DNA from: Candidatus Latescibacterota bacterium
Lineage (GTDB): Bacteria; Latescibacterota; UBA2968
Reading direction: 5' to 3'
Length of the DNA stretch: 64,000 nucleotides
NCBI GenBank assembly: GCA_965204745.1
Contig: OZ242010.1
Coordinates: 5,408,001-5,472,000, forward strand
The notes beneath the pieces were generated by a model, which had not been told where the DNA came from, ran no database searches, and was given only the letters and a program-made list of their open reading frames with translations. Both the position numbers and the translations under genes were made by a program. Shown piece by piece: positions 48,844-58,872 of this stretch. The first letter of the stretch is position 1. Every line of letters begins with the position of its first letter.

Positions 48844-51800
48844 ATGGCATCGGATGATCGGGATTTTTCTCGCACGTTTGAGATAACGACTCGGCGGCCC
48901 GTGGCGATTTTTATGGTAGTGCTCGCGGTCGCCGTATTCGGGTACGTGTCGTATCAGCAGTTGCCGCTGAATATGATGCCCGATATTTCGTATCCCACCT
49001 TGACCGTGCGGACGGAATATCCCGATACCGCGCCCGAAGAAGTTGAAAATTTGATCTCGAGGCCGATTGAACAGCGCCTTGGGGTGGTGAGCAATCTGGT
49101 GGGCATTACGTCGATTTCTAGGCCCGGCCTGTCCGATGTGATTTTGGAGTTCGGCTGGGATACGGATATGAATGACGCGGTGCAAACCGTGCGCGAAAAT
49201 CTCGACCGCCTCAATTTGCCGCGCGGGGTCAATCGGCCATTGATTTTGCGCTACGACCCCACGCAAGACCCGATTATGCGCGTGGGGATTTACGGCAAGA
49301 GAAATATGTACGTGTTGCGCCACATCGCCGAAGAGGAAATCAAGCAGGAATTGGAGGCCCTCAAGGGCGTGGCCGCGGCCCGCGTCAAAGGCGGGCTGGA
49401 AGAGGAAATTCGAGTCGAGATCAGCGAGCGGCAGTTGGCGATGATGGGCCTGAATATCAACACCATCAACCGGCGGTTGCAAGAGGAAAACGTCAACCTC
49501 GCGGGCGGCAGTTTGCTGGACGGACAAACGCAGTACCTCGTGCGGACCCTGAATGAATTTCGCACCATTGACGAGATCGCCAATTTGGTGGTGGGCAGCC
49601 GCGGGGACGTGGAAATTCGCGTGAAAGACGTGGGGCGGGTGTATCGCACGCACAAAGAGCGGGAGATCATCACCCGGGTCAATGGCACGGAAAGCGTGGA
49701 GATCGAGATTTTTAAGGAGGCGGACGCCAATATCGTGGCGACAGCGCAGCGCGTGCGCGACCGCCTCTTTGGCACGCCCGAGCAACTGGCGTACGTCGCC
49801 AAGCTCAGAGGCGGCGAGATCGAACGGGCCGCTGCCAGTGACCGGCGCGAGCAGGTGCGGCAATTCGTGCAGATGAAGGAGATGACGAGTTTTATCGCCT
49901 TTACACTGCCCGAAGGCGTGGCGATGGAGTTGTTGTCCGATCAATCCACGTTCATCGAATCGTCTGTGAACGAGGTCAAGCAAACCGCGCTGTTGGGCGG
50001 TGGATTGGCGATTTTGGTCTTGTACATTTTTCTTCGCAACCCATCGCACACCGCAATCGTGGGCCTGGCCATCCCCATTTCCATCGTGGCGACATTCGCG
50101 CCGATGAACATTTTTGGCGTGTCCCTCAATATCATGTCCTTGGGCGGGCTCGCGCTCGGCATTGGGATGTTGGTCGATAATGCCATCGTGGTCTTGGAGA
50201 GCATTTTCCGATGCCGCGAAGAAGGCGACGATATGATCGCGGCCACCATCCGAGGCACCGGGGAAGTCGGCGGCGCCGTGGTTGCCTCCACCCTGACGAC
50301 TGTGGCGGTGTTTTTCCCCATCGTGTTTGTCGAGGGCGTGGCCGGGCAGATTTTTGGCGATATGGCCCTCACGGTCGTGTTTTCGCTCGTGGCGTCTTTG
50401 GGGGTGGCGCTGTTTTTTATTCCCATGCTGGCTTCGCGGCAGGTGCATCTATGGCGCGGCGACGGGCAAGGCGATTCCACGCGGTTGACGGGTTCGGCCA
50501 TTTTGCAACTGCGTTCTGTCGCGTGGTTGAGCGAGGGCATGGGGCTTCGGAAAAGGGGCGAGGACGCGCTCAAGTACCACGCCGCGAATTTGGGCGCGCT
50601 GGTGGGCCGCGTGCCCCTCGGCTTTGTCTATGTGGTGGGCGAATACGGCGGCCGGGCCTTGTGGATCGCCGCTGCGCTAGGCGTGGTCGCGCTCAAAGCC
50701 ACGGTCGCGCTTTTGGCGGTGGCGCTCTTTCCGATCATCTATCCCGGCTGGTGGTTCTATTGCTGGTTGAGTTCCGGGCCCACGTGGCGCGAGGATGCGC
50801 GCAGGCTGTGGGCCGGGCTATGCGCGTGGGCACAGGGCCGCGATCTGTTCGGCAGTGCTTGGGTGCGCCTGATTTGGGACGATTTGTTGGCCTTTGTGGC
50901 GCCGCAAAATTTGGGGCGCGACCTCGGCGTGCAAATGCGATGGACCGCGCGTGCGATCAAGCAGATGTTCCAATGGGCTTTGCGCGGGGCCATGGGGTTG
51001 CGCGTTTTGAAAATCGCGCCGGCCCTGGTGGGCGCGGTGGGCGTTTCGCTGCTGGTCGCGCTCGGCCCGGTGTATTTTATTTCTCGGTTTCTGATTTTTA
51101 TGACGCTCATGATGCTCGGCAAACTGCTGGTGCTCGCGCTCTTGTTTGTGTTTTTGACAGGCCTGGTCGCGCTGGTGGTGCTCGCGCTCATCGCACTGCC
51201 CATTCTCGCGCCGGTGCTGTTTTTGTTTGAACGCGGGTTTGACGCCATTCGCCGCGCGTACACGCCGTTTATCCGCTGGGCACTGCACAACCGATTGAGC
51301 ATCGTGGCGGGCGCGGTGTTGCCGTTTGCAATCTGCTGGCTGGTACTGTTGCCCCGGTTGGGCAACGAATTGATCCCGCAGGTGCATCAGGGGGAATTTA
51401 ATGTGGATGTGGCCCTGCCCGTGGGCACGCCCCTCGAGACGACCGACGAGACCCTCGCGCTCATCGAATCGCGGGTGATGGCTACGGCTGATGTCGGCGC
51501 GATTTCCGCGACTGTGGGCGTGGATAAAACCGATATCTCATCGTCTGACCAGGGCGAGCACACCGGGGTGATTTCCGTGGTGCTCAAAGAGATCGAATCC
51601 GATGAAGGGGAAAGCGCGCCGGCGCGTTGGGCGCAGTATTTCGCGGCATTGCCCGGCCGGATCTGGGGCGGCATCCGAGGCGAGAGCGTTTTGGCACAGC
51701 GCGAAGACGCATTGATGGCCGAGTTGCGGAGCAGGCTGTCGGATTTGCCGCAGATCAAGGCGGATTTTTCCCGGCCCGCGCTGTTCAGTTTTAAGACCCC

Positions 51801-52854
51801 GGTGGAGGTGGAAATTCGCGGGTACGATTTGCCGACCCTGACGCGATTGGGCCGCGAGGCCGAGCGCGTGTTGACCGAGATTCCCATGCTCTACGATGTG
51901 AAATCGAGTCTCCAGCGCGGCAACCCCGAGGTGCAGATCGTGTACAACCGAGATGTTTTGGCAAAGTACAATTTGAACGTGCGATCCGTGGCGTCGCTAG
52001 TGCGCGAGAAGGTGCAGGGCAATGTGGTCACGCGCTTTCGGGAAGCGGACAGGCGCATCGACGTGCTGGTGCGCGTGGATGAGGCGGACCGCACAGGGGT
52101 GTCGGATTTGCGGCGGCTGGTGGTGAACCCGGGCCGGCGAGTACCCATTCGCCTCTCCTCGGTAGCCGATATCGAGGTTCACGAAGGCCCGAGTGAAATT
52201 CGGCGGATCGATCAACAGCGCGCGGTGCTGATTTCGGCCAATGTGAGCGGCATAGATTTGGGCACGATGACCGCGATGATTCAGCAGGGGTTAGAGACCA
52301 TAGACGTGCCCCCGGATGTGTCGATGGTGATCGGCGGACAAAACAAGGAGATGGAGACCTCGCTGGACAGTTTGACGTTCGCGCTGGGCTTGGCGATTTT
52401 CTTGGTGTACATTGTGATGGCTTCGCAATTTGAGTCCTTTCTCCACCCGTTTGTGATTATGTTCAGCATTCCGCTCGCGCTCATCGGCGTGATTGTCATG
52501 TTGTATGTCATCGGCATTCCCCTCTCGGTGGTGGTCTTTTTGGGCATTATTATGCTGGCGGGCATCGTGGTGAACAACGCCATTGTGCTCGTGGATTATA
52601 TCAACCACCTGCGGCGCAGTGGCTCGTCCAAGATCGAGGCGATTGTGCAGGCCGGCGAAGTGCGGTTGCGCCCGATTTTGATGACCACGTCGACCACGGT
52701 GCTGGGCCTGTTGCCGATGGCACTCGGCTTGGGCGATGGCGCGGAAATCCGCACGCCCATGGCGATTACCGTCGTGGCCGGGCTGATCAGTTCCACGATT
52801 TTAACGCTGGTGATCATCCCAACGGTGTATTCCCTGATGGACCGCGGGGAGTGA
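48844..52854 (+). CDS. RND efflux permease (AcrB family) with large hydrophobic insertion
   Basis: RRPVA, GMLVDNAIVVLE, ASQFES..HPF, GIVVNNAIVLVD, RLRPILMT; 1336 aa. Confidence 0.92.
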   Translation: MASDDRDFSRTFEITTRRPVAIFMVVLAVAVFGYVSYQQLPLNMMPDISYPTLTVRTEYPDTAPEEVENLISRPIEQRLGVVSNLVGITSISRPGLSDVILEFGWDTDMNDAVQTVRENLDRLNLPRGVNRPLILRYDPTQDPIMRVGIYGKRNMYVLRHIAEEEIKQELEALKGVAAARVKGGLEEEIRVEISERQLAMMGLNINTINRRLQEENVNLAGGSLLDGQTQYLVRTLNEFRTIDEIANLVVGSRGDVEIRVKDVGRVYRTHKEREIITRVNGTESVEIEIFKEADANIVATAQRVRDRLFGTPEQLAYVAKLRGGEIERAAASDRREQVRQFVQMKEMTSFIAFTLPEGVAMELLSDQSTFIESSVNEVKQTALLGGGLAILVLYIFLRNPSHTAIVGLAIPISIVATFAPMNIFGVSLNIMSLGGLALGIGMLVDNAIVVLESIFRCREEGDDMIAATIRGTGEVGGAVVASTLTTVAVFFPIVFVEGVAGQIFGDMALTVVFSLVASLGVALFFIPMLASRQVHLWRGDGQGDSTRLTGSAILQLRSVAWLSEGMGLRKRGEDALKYHAANLGALVGRVPLGFVYVVGEYGGRALWIAAALGVVALKATVALLAVALFPIIYPGWWFYCWLSSGPTWREDARRLWAGLCAWAQGRDLFGSAWVRLIWDDLLAFVAPQNLGRDLGVQMRWTARAIKQMFQWALRGAMGLRVLKIAPALVGAVGVSLLVALGPVYFISRFLIFMTLMMLGKLLVLALLFVFLTGLVALVVLALIALPILAPVLFLFERGFDAIRRAYTPFIRWALHNRLSIVAGAVLPFAICWLVLLPRLGNELIPQVHQGEFNVDVALPVGTPLETTDETLALIESRVMATADVGAISATVGVDKTDISSSDQGEHTGVISVVLKEIESDEGESAPARWAQYFAALPGRIWGGIRGESVLAQREDALMAELRSRLSDLPQIKADFSRPALFSFKTPVEVEIRGYDLPTLTRLGREAERVLTEIPMLYDVKSSLQRGNPEVQIVYNRDVLAKYNLNVRSVASLVREKVQGNVVTRFREADRRIDVLVRVDEADRTGVSDLRRLVVNPGRRVPIRLSSVADIEVHEGPSEIRRIDQQRAVLISANVSGIDLGTMTAMIQQGLETIDVPPDVSMVIGGQNKEMETSLDSLTFALGLAIFLVYIVMASQFESFLHPFVIMFSIPLALIGVIVMLYVIGIPLSVVVFLGIIMLAGIVVNNAIVLVDYINHLRRSGSSKIEAIVQAGEVRLRPILMTTSTTVLGLLPMALGLGDGAEIRTPMAITVVAGLISSTILTLVIIPTVYSLMDRGE

Positions 52855-53037
52855 GCGCGCCCCTCTGTTGTTAGATGCGGCGTCCTTTTTTTGTCGAATT
52901 TTCGCAATTTTCCGTCTGACTCAATTTTTTTGTGGCAACACAAGCAGATACTTGGTAACTTTTTGGGCGTTTTTTCGTCTAATCGTTTTAGAGAATTGGT
53001 TGGACATCATTTTGTTGGAAATTATGGAGATTGAACA

Positions 53038-54414
53038 ATGGGATTTGTGAGACATATCGCAGTGTTGGCAATCGCGGTTATGGGTGTACAGGCAAGCGCC
53101 CAAGAGCCACAGCGGGAGATGCGCCTGACCTTGGGCGAATGCGTGGAGATCGCGTTGACGAATAATGCACAGATCGAGCAGGATAGGTACACGGTTGCGA
53201 TTTCCGAGACCCAAGTCGATAATGTGCGGAATGGGTTTTTTCCATCGACTTCCACTGTGTCGTGGGGAATCAGCAGGGGGGTGCAGGGGCCGCGCGAAGG
53301 CCAAGTTTTAGATCAGACGACGGGCACGCTGGTGCAGTTGTTGGGGGAAGACCGCATTACGGGCGGGCAGAATGTCCGGGTCGGCGGCTTGTCCATGCCG
53401 ATTTACAACGGGCAACTCATCTCCCAACTTTCGGGCGCGAAGAAATCCCTGATGCAGGCGCAAATGCAGCAAATCGGCAACCGCAAGGACATTGTTTTCC
53501 AAACCAAACAGCGGTACTTTCAGTTGTTGCAAGCCATCAAACTCTTGGAATTGCAACAAGAGCGCGTGCGGGTTTCCGAAGAAAGCCTGCGCCGTGCAGA
53601 GACCCTGTACGAGATCGGCTCCGCTGCCATCTTGCAGGTGGCGAACGCAAAGTCGAATTTGGCTGTTACGCGCGCGATTCTGATTCAGCGAGAAAACGAT
53701 GTGAGTCTCGCGCGGTTGAATTTGGCATTTACAATGGGCCTGGGCACGGATGTGGATGTGATTCCAGCCGAAGAAGAGTTTGAGTTGTTGCCGCTGAAGT
53801 ATTCTTATCGGGACGCGCTGAATCTCGCGCTCAAAGAACACCCCGACATTCTGGACAGCAAGTACGGGATGCTGGCGGCCCGAGACAATTACAATGCGAC
53901 TCGGAAGGGGTTGTACCATCCCCGAATTACGATGAGCACGAGTGCGTATAGCTGGAGCATTGGCAGGGATGAGGAATTTGGCGGTTTGGAAGACCTGTTC
54001 CTCAAGAACTACAACTATAGCTTCAGTATCAACGCGAGCATTCCCCTGTTCAATTTTAATACGAGCAATACCCTCAGGCGGCAAAAGCTCCAGTATTTGC
54101 GAAGCCAAGAGCAGTTGGATCAGACCAAACGGCTGCGGGCATTGAATATCCGCCAGCGGTACCTCAACTTGGAGCGGTATCGGCGTTTGGTCGAAGCCAG
54201 TGAAGTGGCTGTGGAGGCGGCTGAGGAGAATTTTAAGTTGGAAGAAGAGCGGTATAATTTTGGTGGCGGGACCTTTCTCGAGCGGTTGACTGCACAACGC
54301 GATTTGTTCGATTCGCGCAATGATTTGGTGCAGTCAAAATACAACTATTTGATCGAGATGGCGAATTTGGAAAATCAAGTCGGCACGGCTGTTGCCGGAA
54401 CAGTTAAAAAATAA
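53038..54414 (+). CDS. TolC family outer membrane protein
   Basis: Signal peptide, LTLGECVEIAL.NN, two OEP repeats (YFQLL; EERY..G..T.LE). Confidence 0.88.
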   Translation: MGFVRHIAVLAIAVMGVQASAQEPQREMRLTLGECVEIALTNNAQIEQDRYTVAISETQVDNVRNGFFPSTSTVSWGISRGVQGPREGQVLDQTTGTLVQLLGEDRITGGQNVRVGGLSMPIYNGQLISQLSGAKKSLMQAQMQQIGNRKDIVFQTKQRYFQLLQAIKLLELQQERVRVSEESLRRAETLYEIGSAAILQVANAKSNLAVTRAILIQRENDVSLARLNLAFTMGLGTDVDVIPAEEEFELLPLKYSYRDALNLALKEHPDILDSKYGMLAARDNYNATRKGLYHPRITMSTSAYSWSIGRDEEFGGLEDLFLKNYNYSFSINASIPLFNFNTSNTLRRQKLQYLRSQEQLDQTKRLRALNIRQRYLNLERYRRLVEASEVAVEAAEENFKLEEERYNFGGGTFLERLTAQRDLFDSRNDLVQSKYNYLIEMANLENQVGTAVAGTVKK

Positions 54415-54426
54415 ATGGAGGCGGTT

Positions 54427-54882
54427 ATGGGTATGTTTTTTCGAATCGGTACCGGATTGGTTGCGATGGCCTTGCTCCTGAGCGTGGCAGTGCCCGCTCA
54501 AGCCGTAGGGAGGGATTTTTTGTTGCGGTCAAAATTCCACGGCGCGCTGATGTTGGGGTTGGGCGGTCTTCTGATTAAAGAAGCGGTTGACGCAAAAAAG
54601 GAGGCCAATGACACCTACGATCTGTACAAGCAGGCAGGCACTGCTACCTCAGCGCGCGATCTGTACGATAGTTCCAAGCGTCACGACACCCGCGCTGCTG
54701 TGTTGGGCGTTTTGGGCGGTGCAGCGATTCTCTATTCCGTGCATTTGTTCATCAAAGAGGACGCGGATTTGCCACCGCCCAAGCTGAACCGGGGACTCGT
54801 CAATATCAAGGGCGTGGCATTGGATGTGAAGGGCGATGTGTTCCAACGAAAGATGCAGGTGCAGTTAAAAAAAGGGTTCTGA
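54427..54882 (+). CDS. Hypothetical exported/membrane protein
   Basis: GGAGG RBS, signal peptide, two hydrophobic segments. Confidence 0.65.
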   Translation: MGMFFRIGTGLVAMALLLSVAVPAQAVGRDFLLRSKFHGALMLGLGGLLIKEAVDAKKEANDTYDLYKQAGTATSARDLYDSSKRHDTRAAVLGVLGGAAILYSVHLFIKEDADLPPPKLNRGLVNIKGVALDVKGDVFQRKMQVQLKKGF

Positions 54883-54907
54883 TGGTTGCAACAAAAGGAC
54901 GAAAAGC

Positions 54908-54942
54908 AAAAGGACGATACGGATGAGGTATCGTCCTTTTTT
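54908..54942 (+). terminator. Intrinsic terminator
   Basis: AAAAGGACGATAC-ggatgag-GTATCGTCCTTTTTT. Confidence 0.8.
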
Positions 54943-55038
54943 GTTTTTTTCTGAAAAAGTGGACACGGGTAACAAAACACCTTATACTCGATAGCGGTAG
55001 CGAGGGCGGATCAGCGGGCATTTGTGGAGGGTTGAGGG

Positions 55039-55533
55039 ATGCCATCGGGCAAGACGCATACGCGAATCGATCTGTGTTGTCTCGCGGTGATTCTGGGGAC
55101 AGGTGCTGTTTTTTGGGGGCATCTCGTCCGATTTTTTGGGCGCGATGCAATGGTCGAATACGCGGTTGTTTTTGTGGCGGCCTATTTGTTCGGCACGTTT
55201 TTGCTGTCGCCCGATCTGGATTTGAAGAAGAGCGATCCACTGAAAAACTGGGGGATTTTGCGCTGGCTGTGGCGGCCCTATGCCCGTTTTTTTAAGCACC
55301 GGGGGATTTCCCACATGCCGCTTGTGGGAATGATGACCCGGGTGATTTATCTGCTCGCGGTGGTGGGCGTGCTCGCCATTGCGGCCAACGCATTTTTGAA
55401 TTTAGGCTGGACGCTATCGTCGGACGATTTGAAGCAGATCGATCTCATGATGGTTTTGTGGGCATTTGCCGGGCTGTGTTTGCCGGACCTGTTTCACATC
55501 GCGGCGGATCACACGCTCAAAAACCCCCGGTGA
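55039..55533 (+). CDS. DUF2227 family putative metal-binding membrane protein
   Basis: MPSGKTH, LSPDLD, WG.LRWLWRPY, HRGISH, H..AD. Confidence 0.85.
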   Translation: MPSGKTHTRIDLCCLAVILGTGAVFWGHLVRFFGRDAMVEYAVVFVAAYLFGTFLLSPDLDLKKSDPLKNWGILRWLWRPYARFFKHRGISHMPLVGMMTRVIYLLAVVGVLAIAANAFLNLGWTLSSDDLKQIDLMMVLWAFAGLCLPDLFHIAADHTLKNPR

Positions 55534-55553
55534 TTTTGGCAGAGGAAATTGAA

Positions 55554-56339
55554 TTGGCAAAGAAACGCAAAAAGTTTTCCGTGCTGGTCATTCCAGACGA
55601 CGGTTCAAAGAGCTTCGAGTTTCAATTCAGTTATTCCCTGCTGTGGGTGATGGGCGTCGTCTTGGTCTTTTCGCTGTATATGGTCTTTGCCGGCTTTGGG
55701 TTTTTCTTACAAGCCAGATCTTGGGAACACGCCGCACAAACTCGTGAACGGGACAATGCACGCCTGCGTGCCGATGTTGCCCGCGTGGATGAATTGGCAC
55801 AACTGGTGACGCACATGAAGGCCGGAGAGCAACAACTGCGTTCCGTGTTGGCGAGCCACATCAACTTGCCGCCCGCGCCTTATGAAACGCGATCTGCGGA
55901 GGTCGCAACGCTGTTAGAACGACCGTCTGTTAGACGAGACAGCCATTGGCGCCCCGCGATCTGGCCCATATCGCCTGCGGTGGGATGGATAATGCGCGGG
56001 TTTGAGTTGGCAGAGGGCATCGTCCAAACGCGCCATTTCGGGATCGATATCGCCGCGGTTGTGGGAACGCCCGTGCGGGCCACCGCCGACGGGCAGGTAA
56101 AATTCGCAGGTGCGGACCCGGCGTTGGGCTATCTGTTGGTTATCGATCACGGGGGGATTTATACGACTCGGTACGGCAACAATGGCATACTGCTGGTCAA
56201 GGCGGGCACGCGGGTTCGGCAAGGGCAATACATCGCGCTGGTGGGCAGTTCCGGGCGCGGTACGCCGCCCCATTTGCACTACGAGGTGATTGAATCGGGC
56301 AGGGCACGCGATCCGCGAGATTTTCTGCCAGAGGAATGA
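55554..56339 (+). CDS. M23 family metallopeptidase with N-terminal TM/coiled coil
   Basis: HFGIDI, GTPVRATADG, PHLHYE; start uncertain (TTG 55554 or GTG 55530). Confidence 0.85.
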   Translation: MAKKRKKFSVLVIPDDGSKSFEFQFSYSLLWVMGVVLVFSLYMVFAGFGFFLQARSWEHAAQTRERDNARLRADVARVDELAQLVTHMKAGEQQLRSVLASHINLPPAPYETRSAEVATLLERPSVRRDSHWRPAIWPISPAVGWIMRGFELAEGIVQTRHFGIDIAAVVGTPVRATADGQVKFAGADPALGYLLVIDHGGIYTTRYGNNGILLVKAGTRVRQGQYIALVGSSGRGTPPHLHYEVIESGRARDPRDFLPEE

Positions 56340-56352
56340 AGCGGGAGAAGGG

Positions 56353-56381
56353 AAGCGCGCGTTGATGACGCGCGTTTTTTT
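56353..56381. terminator. Terminator between convergent M23 gene and hflX
   Basis: GCGCGCGT-tgatg-ACGCGCGT followed by a T-run. Confidence 0.6.
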
Positions 56382-57681
56382 ATTTCAAAACAGAGGCCTG
56401 ATACCGCCCGCGAGGCAAGAGGCGGCGGGCATTGTGGTGGCTGAGTTTGACTTCCATGCACACGTCATTGCCTTTGTAGTCCGTGTGCAAAATTTCGCCG
56501 ATGCGGTAGAGTTCGGACAGGAGTTTGCCCTCGCGTTGCGGGATTTGAACTTGGAGGGTCAGGCGGTCGCCCTCGAGGTGGTTGTAGATGGCCCAGCGCA
56601 GGTCGTCGAGGCCGTCGCCCGTTTCAGCGGAGATCCACACCGCGTCTGGATAGGTCGTTGCGAGGTGTTCGCGTCTGACCGAGTCGTGCAACAAGTCGCT
56701 TTTGTTGAACACCATCATGGTCGGCAGGGCCGCCACGTCGAGTTCGCAGAGCACGTCGATGACCGTGGCGATGTGTTCTTCACAGGCCGGATGGCTGGCA
56801 TCGACGAGGTGGATCAGCAGGTCCGCGCCGATAGCCTCTTCAAGCGTGCTGCGAAATGAGGCGACCAAATGGTGGGGGAGTTTTTTGATGAATCCGACCG
56901 TGTCGGAGAGGAGCATCTCCCGGTTGTAGCCGAGGGAGACGCGCCGCGTGGTGGAGTCCAGCGTGGCAAAGAGGCGGTTTTCGATGGGGACATCGGCGCC
57001 GGAGAGGGCGCGCATCAGGGTGGATTTGCCCGCGTTGGTATAGCCGACGAGGGCTACGCGAAAGAGGTCCGCGCGTTGTTTGCGGGCAATTTCGCGCTGT
57101 TTGGCGATGCGGCCGAGGGCGCGTTTGAGAACCGTGATGCGGCGATGCGTTGCGCGTCTATCCACTTCGAGCTGGGTTTCGCCCGGCCCGCGCGTGCCCA
57201 CGCCGCCCGTGCCTCCGGTGCCGCCTGCTTGGCGCGACAGGTGCGTCCATTGCCGGGTCAATCGGGGCAACATGTAGATGAGTTGGGCCAACTCGACTTG
57301 GGTTTGCGCTTCGCGGGTCTTGGCGCGGCTGGCAAAGATGTCGAGGATGAGCCGGCTGCGGTCGATGATTTTGACTTCTATCAGGGTTTCGAGATTGCGG
57401 GTTTGCGCGGGCGAGAGGTCTTCGTCAAAGATGACGACCTGGGCGCGGTGTTCTGCGACTCGCTGGACGAGTTCTTCGGCTTTGCCGCGGCCAATGAGAT
57501 AGGCGGGGTCCTTGTGCTGGCGTTCCTGAAGCACTTTTTCGGCGACCACAACCCCTGCGGTGTCCGCCAAGAGCGCGAGTTCGTCGAGGGTGTCTCGCGC
57601 TTCGCCGAGTGAGACGCCGGGCAGTGCGAGGCCGACGAGGATGCCCCGCTCAGGAGCGCGTTCCTTTTTCAAGTCGTGCAT
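56380..57681 (-). CDS. hflX: GTPase HflX
   Basis: IG.GKAEE, LSPAQ.RNLE, GPGETQLE, GYTNAGKS, LFATLD, DTVGFI, NKSD. Confidence 0.95.
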   Translation of the reverse strand: MHDLKKERAPERGILVGLALPGVSLGEARDTLDELALLADTAGVVVAEKVLQERQHKDPAYLIGRGKAEELVQRVAEHRAQVVIFDEDLSPAQTRNLETLIEVKIIDRSRLILDIFASRAKTREAQTQVELAQLIYMLPRLTRQWTHLSRQAGGTGGTGGVGTRGPGETQLEVDRRATHRRITVLKRALGRIAKQREIARKQRADLFRVALVGYTNAGKSTLMRALSGADVPIENRLFATLDSTTRRVSLGYNREMLLSDTVGFIKKLPHHLVASFRSTLEEAIGADLLIHLVDASHPACEEHIATVIDVLCELDVAALPTMMVFNKSDLLHDSVRREHLATTYPDAVWISAETGDGLDDLRWAIYNHLEGDRLTLQVQIPQREGKLLSELYRIGEILHTDYKGNDVCMEVKLSHHNARRLLPRGRYQASVLK

Positions 57682-57714
57682 AGCAAAAGTCTCTCAAAGT
57701 TGCAATGAACATTG

Positions 57715-57919
57715 AAGTGAATCGAGGCAACCAAGCGGTACTTGTTACCGGCGATATTGAACACGACAAATTCTCCGACTTTGTCAGCCGAAGGAAAGGT
57801 GCGGCGCAATCGTGCAAAACTGTGAAATTGAGTCTGTCGCATGATCTTGAACCAGCGACTCAACGGCTCCTGACTGGCGGGATGCTGTGCCCAAAACACC
57901 CGGAGGGCATGATGTGCAT
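57715..57919 (-). pseudogene. higB: HigB/RelE-type toxin remnant (frameshifted, truncated)
   Basis: MHI.. start is out of frame with FWAQHP...FPSADKVGEFVVFNIAGNKYRLVASIHFN; C-terminus and antitoxin missing. Confidence 0.75.
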
Positions 57920-58005
57920 TTATTCAATACGCTTTCGTTGCCGATGGCGAGATCAGAGTATTGGGTCTTGATTTTCAGTCACGGCCTCTTATATTTTAAT
58001 AGCAA

Positions 58006-58263
58006 ATGGATATGACCTTAAGCACAAGGATATTTGTTATGGGGATCGCTAACTTGAAAGTCGAACTTCCCTTCAGTCTTTCTGGAGAGGAGGCAAAAGT
58101 TTTTCTCGCCATCAAACTCTATGAAGTTGGCAAAGTGTCGCTTGGTCAGGCAGCAAAAATCGCTGGACATTCCAAACGCACCTTCATGGAGATGCTCGGA
58201 CGCCATCGCGTTCCCGTCTTTGATTATTCTCCCGAAGAATTGCGGCAGGAGATCTGCCCGTGA
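58006..58263 (+). CDS. UPF0175 family antitoxin-like protein
   Basis: LAIKLYE.GKVSLGQAAKIAG.S...F.E.L; true start may be 58039. Confidence 0.85.
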   Translation: MDMTLSTRIFVMGIANLKVELPFSLSGEEAKVFLAIKLYEVGKVSLGQAAKIAGHSKRTFMEMLGRHRVPVFDYSPEELRQEICP

Positions 58264-58709
58264 ACGAGCGCATCGCAACAGATAGCACATGTTTGATTGC
58301 GCTTGAACGAATCGGCCATCTCGAGATTCTGCCAGCCCTTTTTGAGCATGTCTTAATCCCACCGGCTGTGGCACGAGAATTTGGCATCTCCTTCCCGTGG
58401 TTAAGGGTAGAGAGCGTTTCTGATCAAACGCTAATTGTCGCATTGAAAATGATGATTGATGATGGCGAAGCAGAGGCCATTGCCTTGGCCCAAGATCAGA
58501 AATGCCGAATTATCTTGGATGACCGACAGGCACGCAGTGTGGGCAGAAACATGGGGCTTAGGGTGATTGGCACAGTCGGTATTTTGATTCTCGCTAAGAA
58601 AATGAAAATTCTATCCGCCATCAAGCCCGCGCTTCAAAATTTGGATGATACCGGATTCTATATCAGTGTTGCTTTGAAGAAAGAAGCTCTGCGCCTCACA
58701 AAAGAATAA
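58260..58709 (+). CDS. DUF3368 family PIN-like toxin
   Basis: DSTCLIAL, IPPAV..E, D.GEAEAIALA, LDD..AR, GTVGIL..AK. Confidence 0.88.
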   Translation: MNERIATDSTCLIALERIGHLEILPALFEHVLIPPAVAREFGISFPWLRVESVSDQTLIVALKMMIDDGEAEAIALAQDQKCRIILDDRQARSVGRNMGLRVIGTVGILILAKKMKILSAIKPALQNLDDTGFYISVALKKEALRLTKE

Positions 58710-58782
58710 ACATAGAGAAGGTAAAACTCATATTTGTTTTAGGTGCTATACATTTTGCTATACATTTTAAGATGCAGAAACC

Positions 58783-58835
58783 AATGGGCGAACTGTTTTG
58801 GGGTTTTGCGAAGTTTAACAGTTCGCCCATTTTTT
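58783..58835. terminator. Inverted repeat between convergent genes
   Basis: AATGGGCGAACTGTT...AACAGTTCGCCCATT followed by a T-run. Confidence 0.55.
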
Positions 58836-58872
58836 GTTTGTCGAACACATTGAGGCAAAACTGCCCTGTGGA

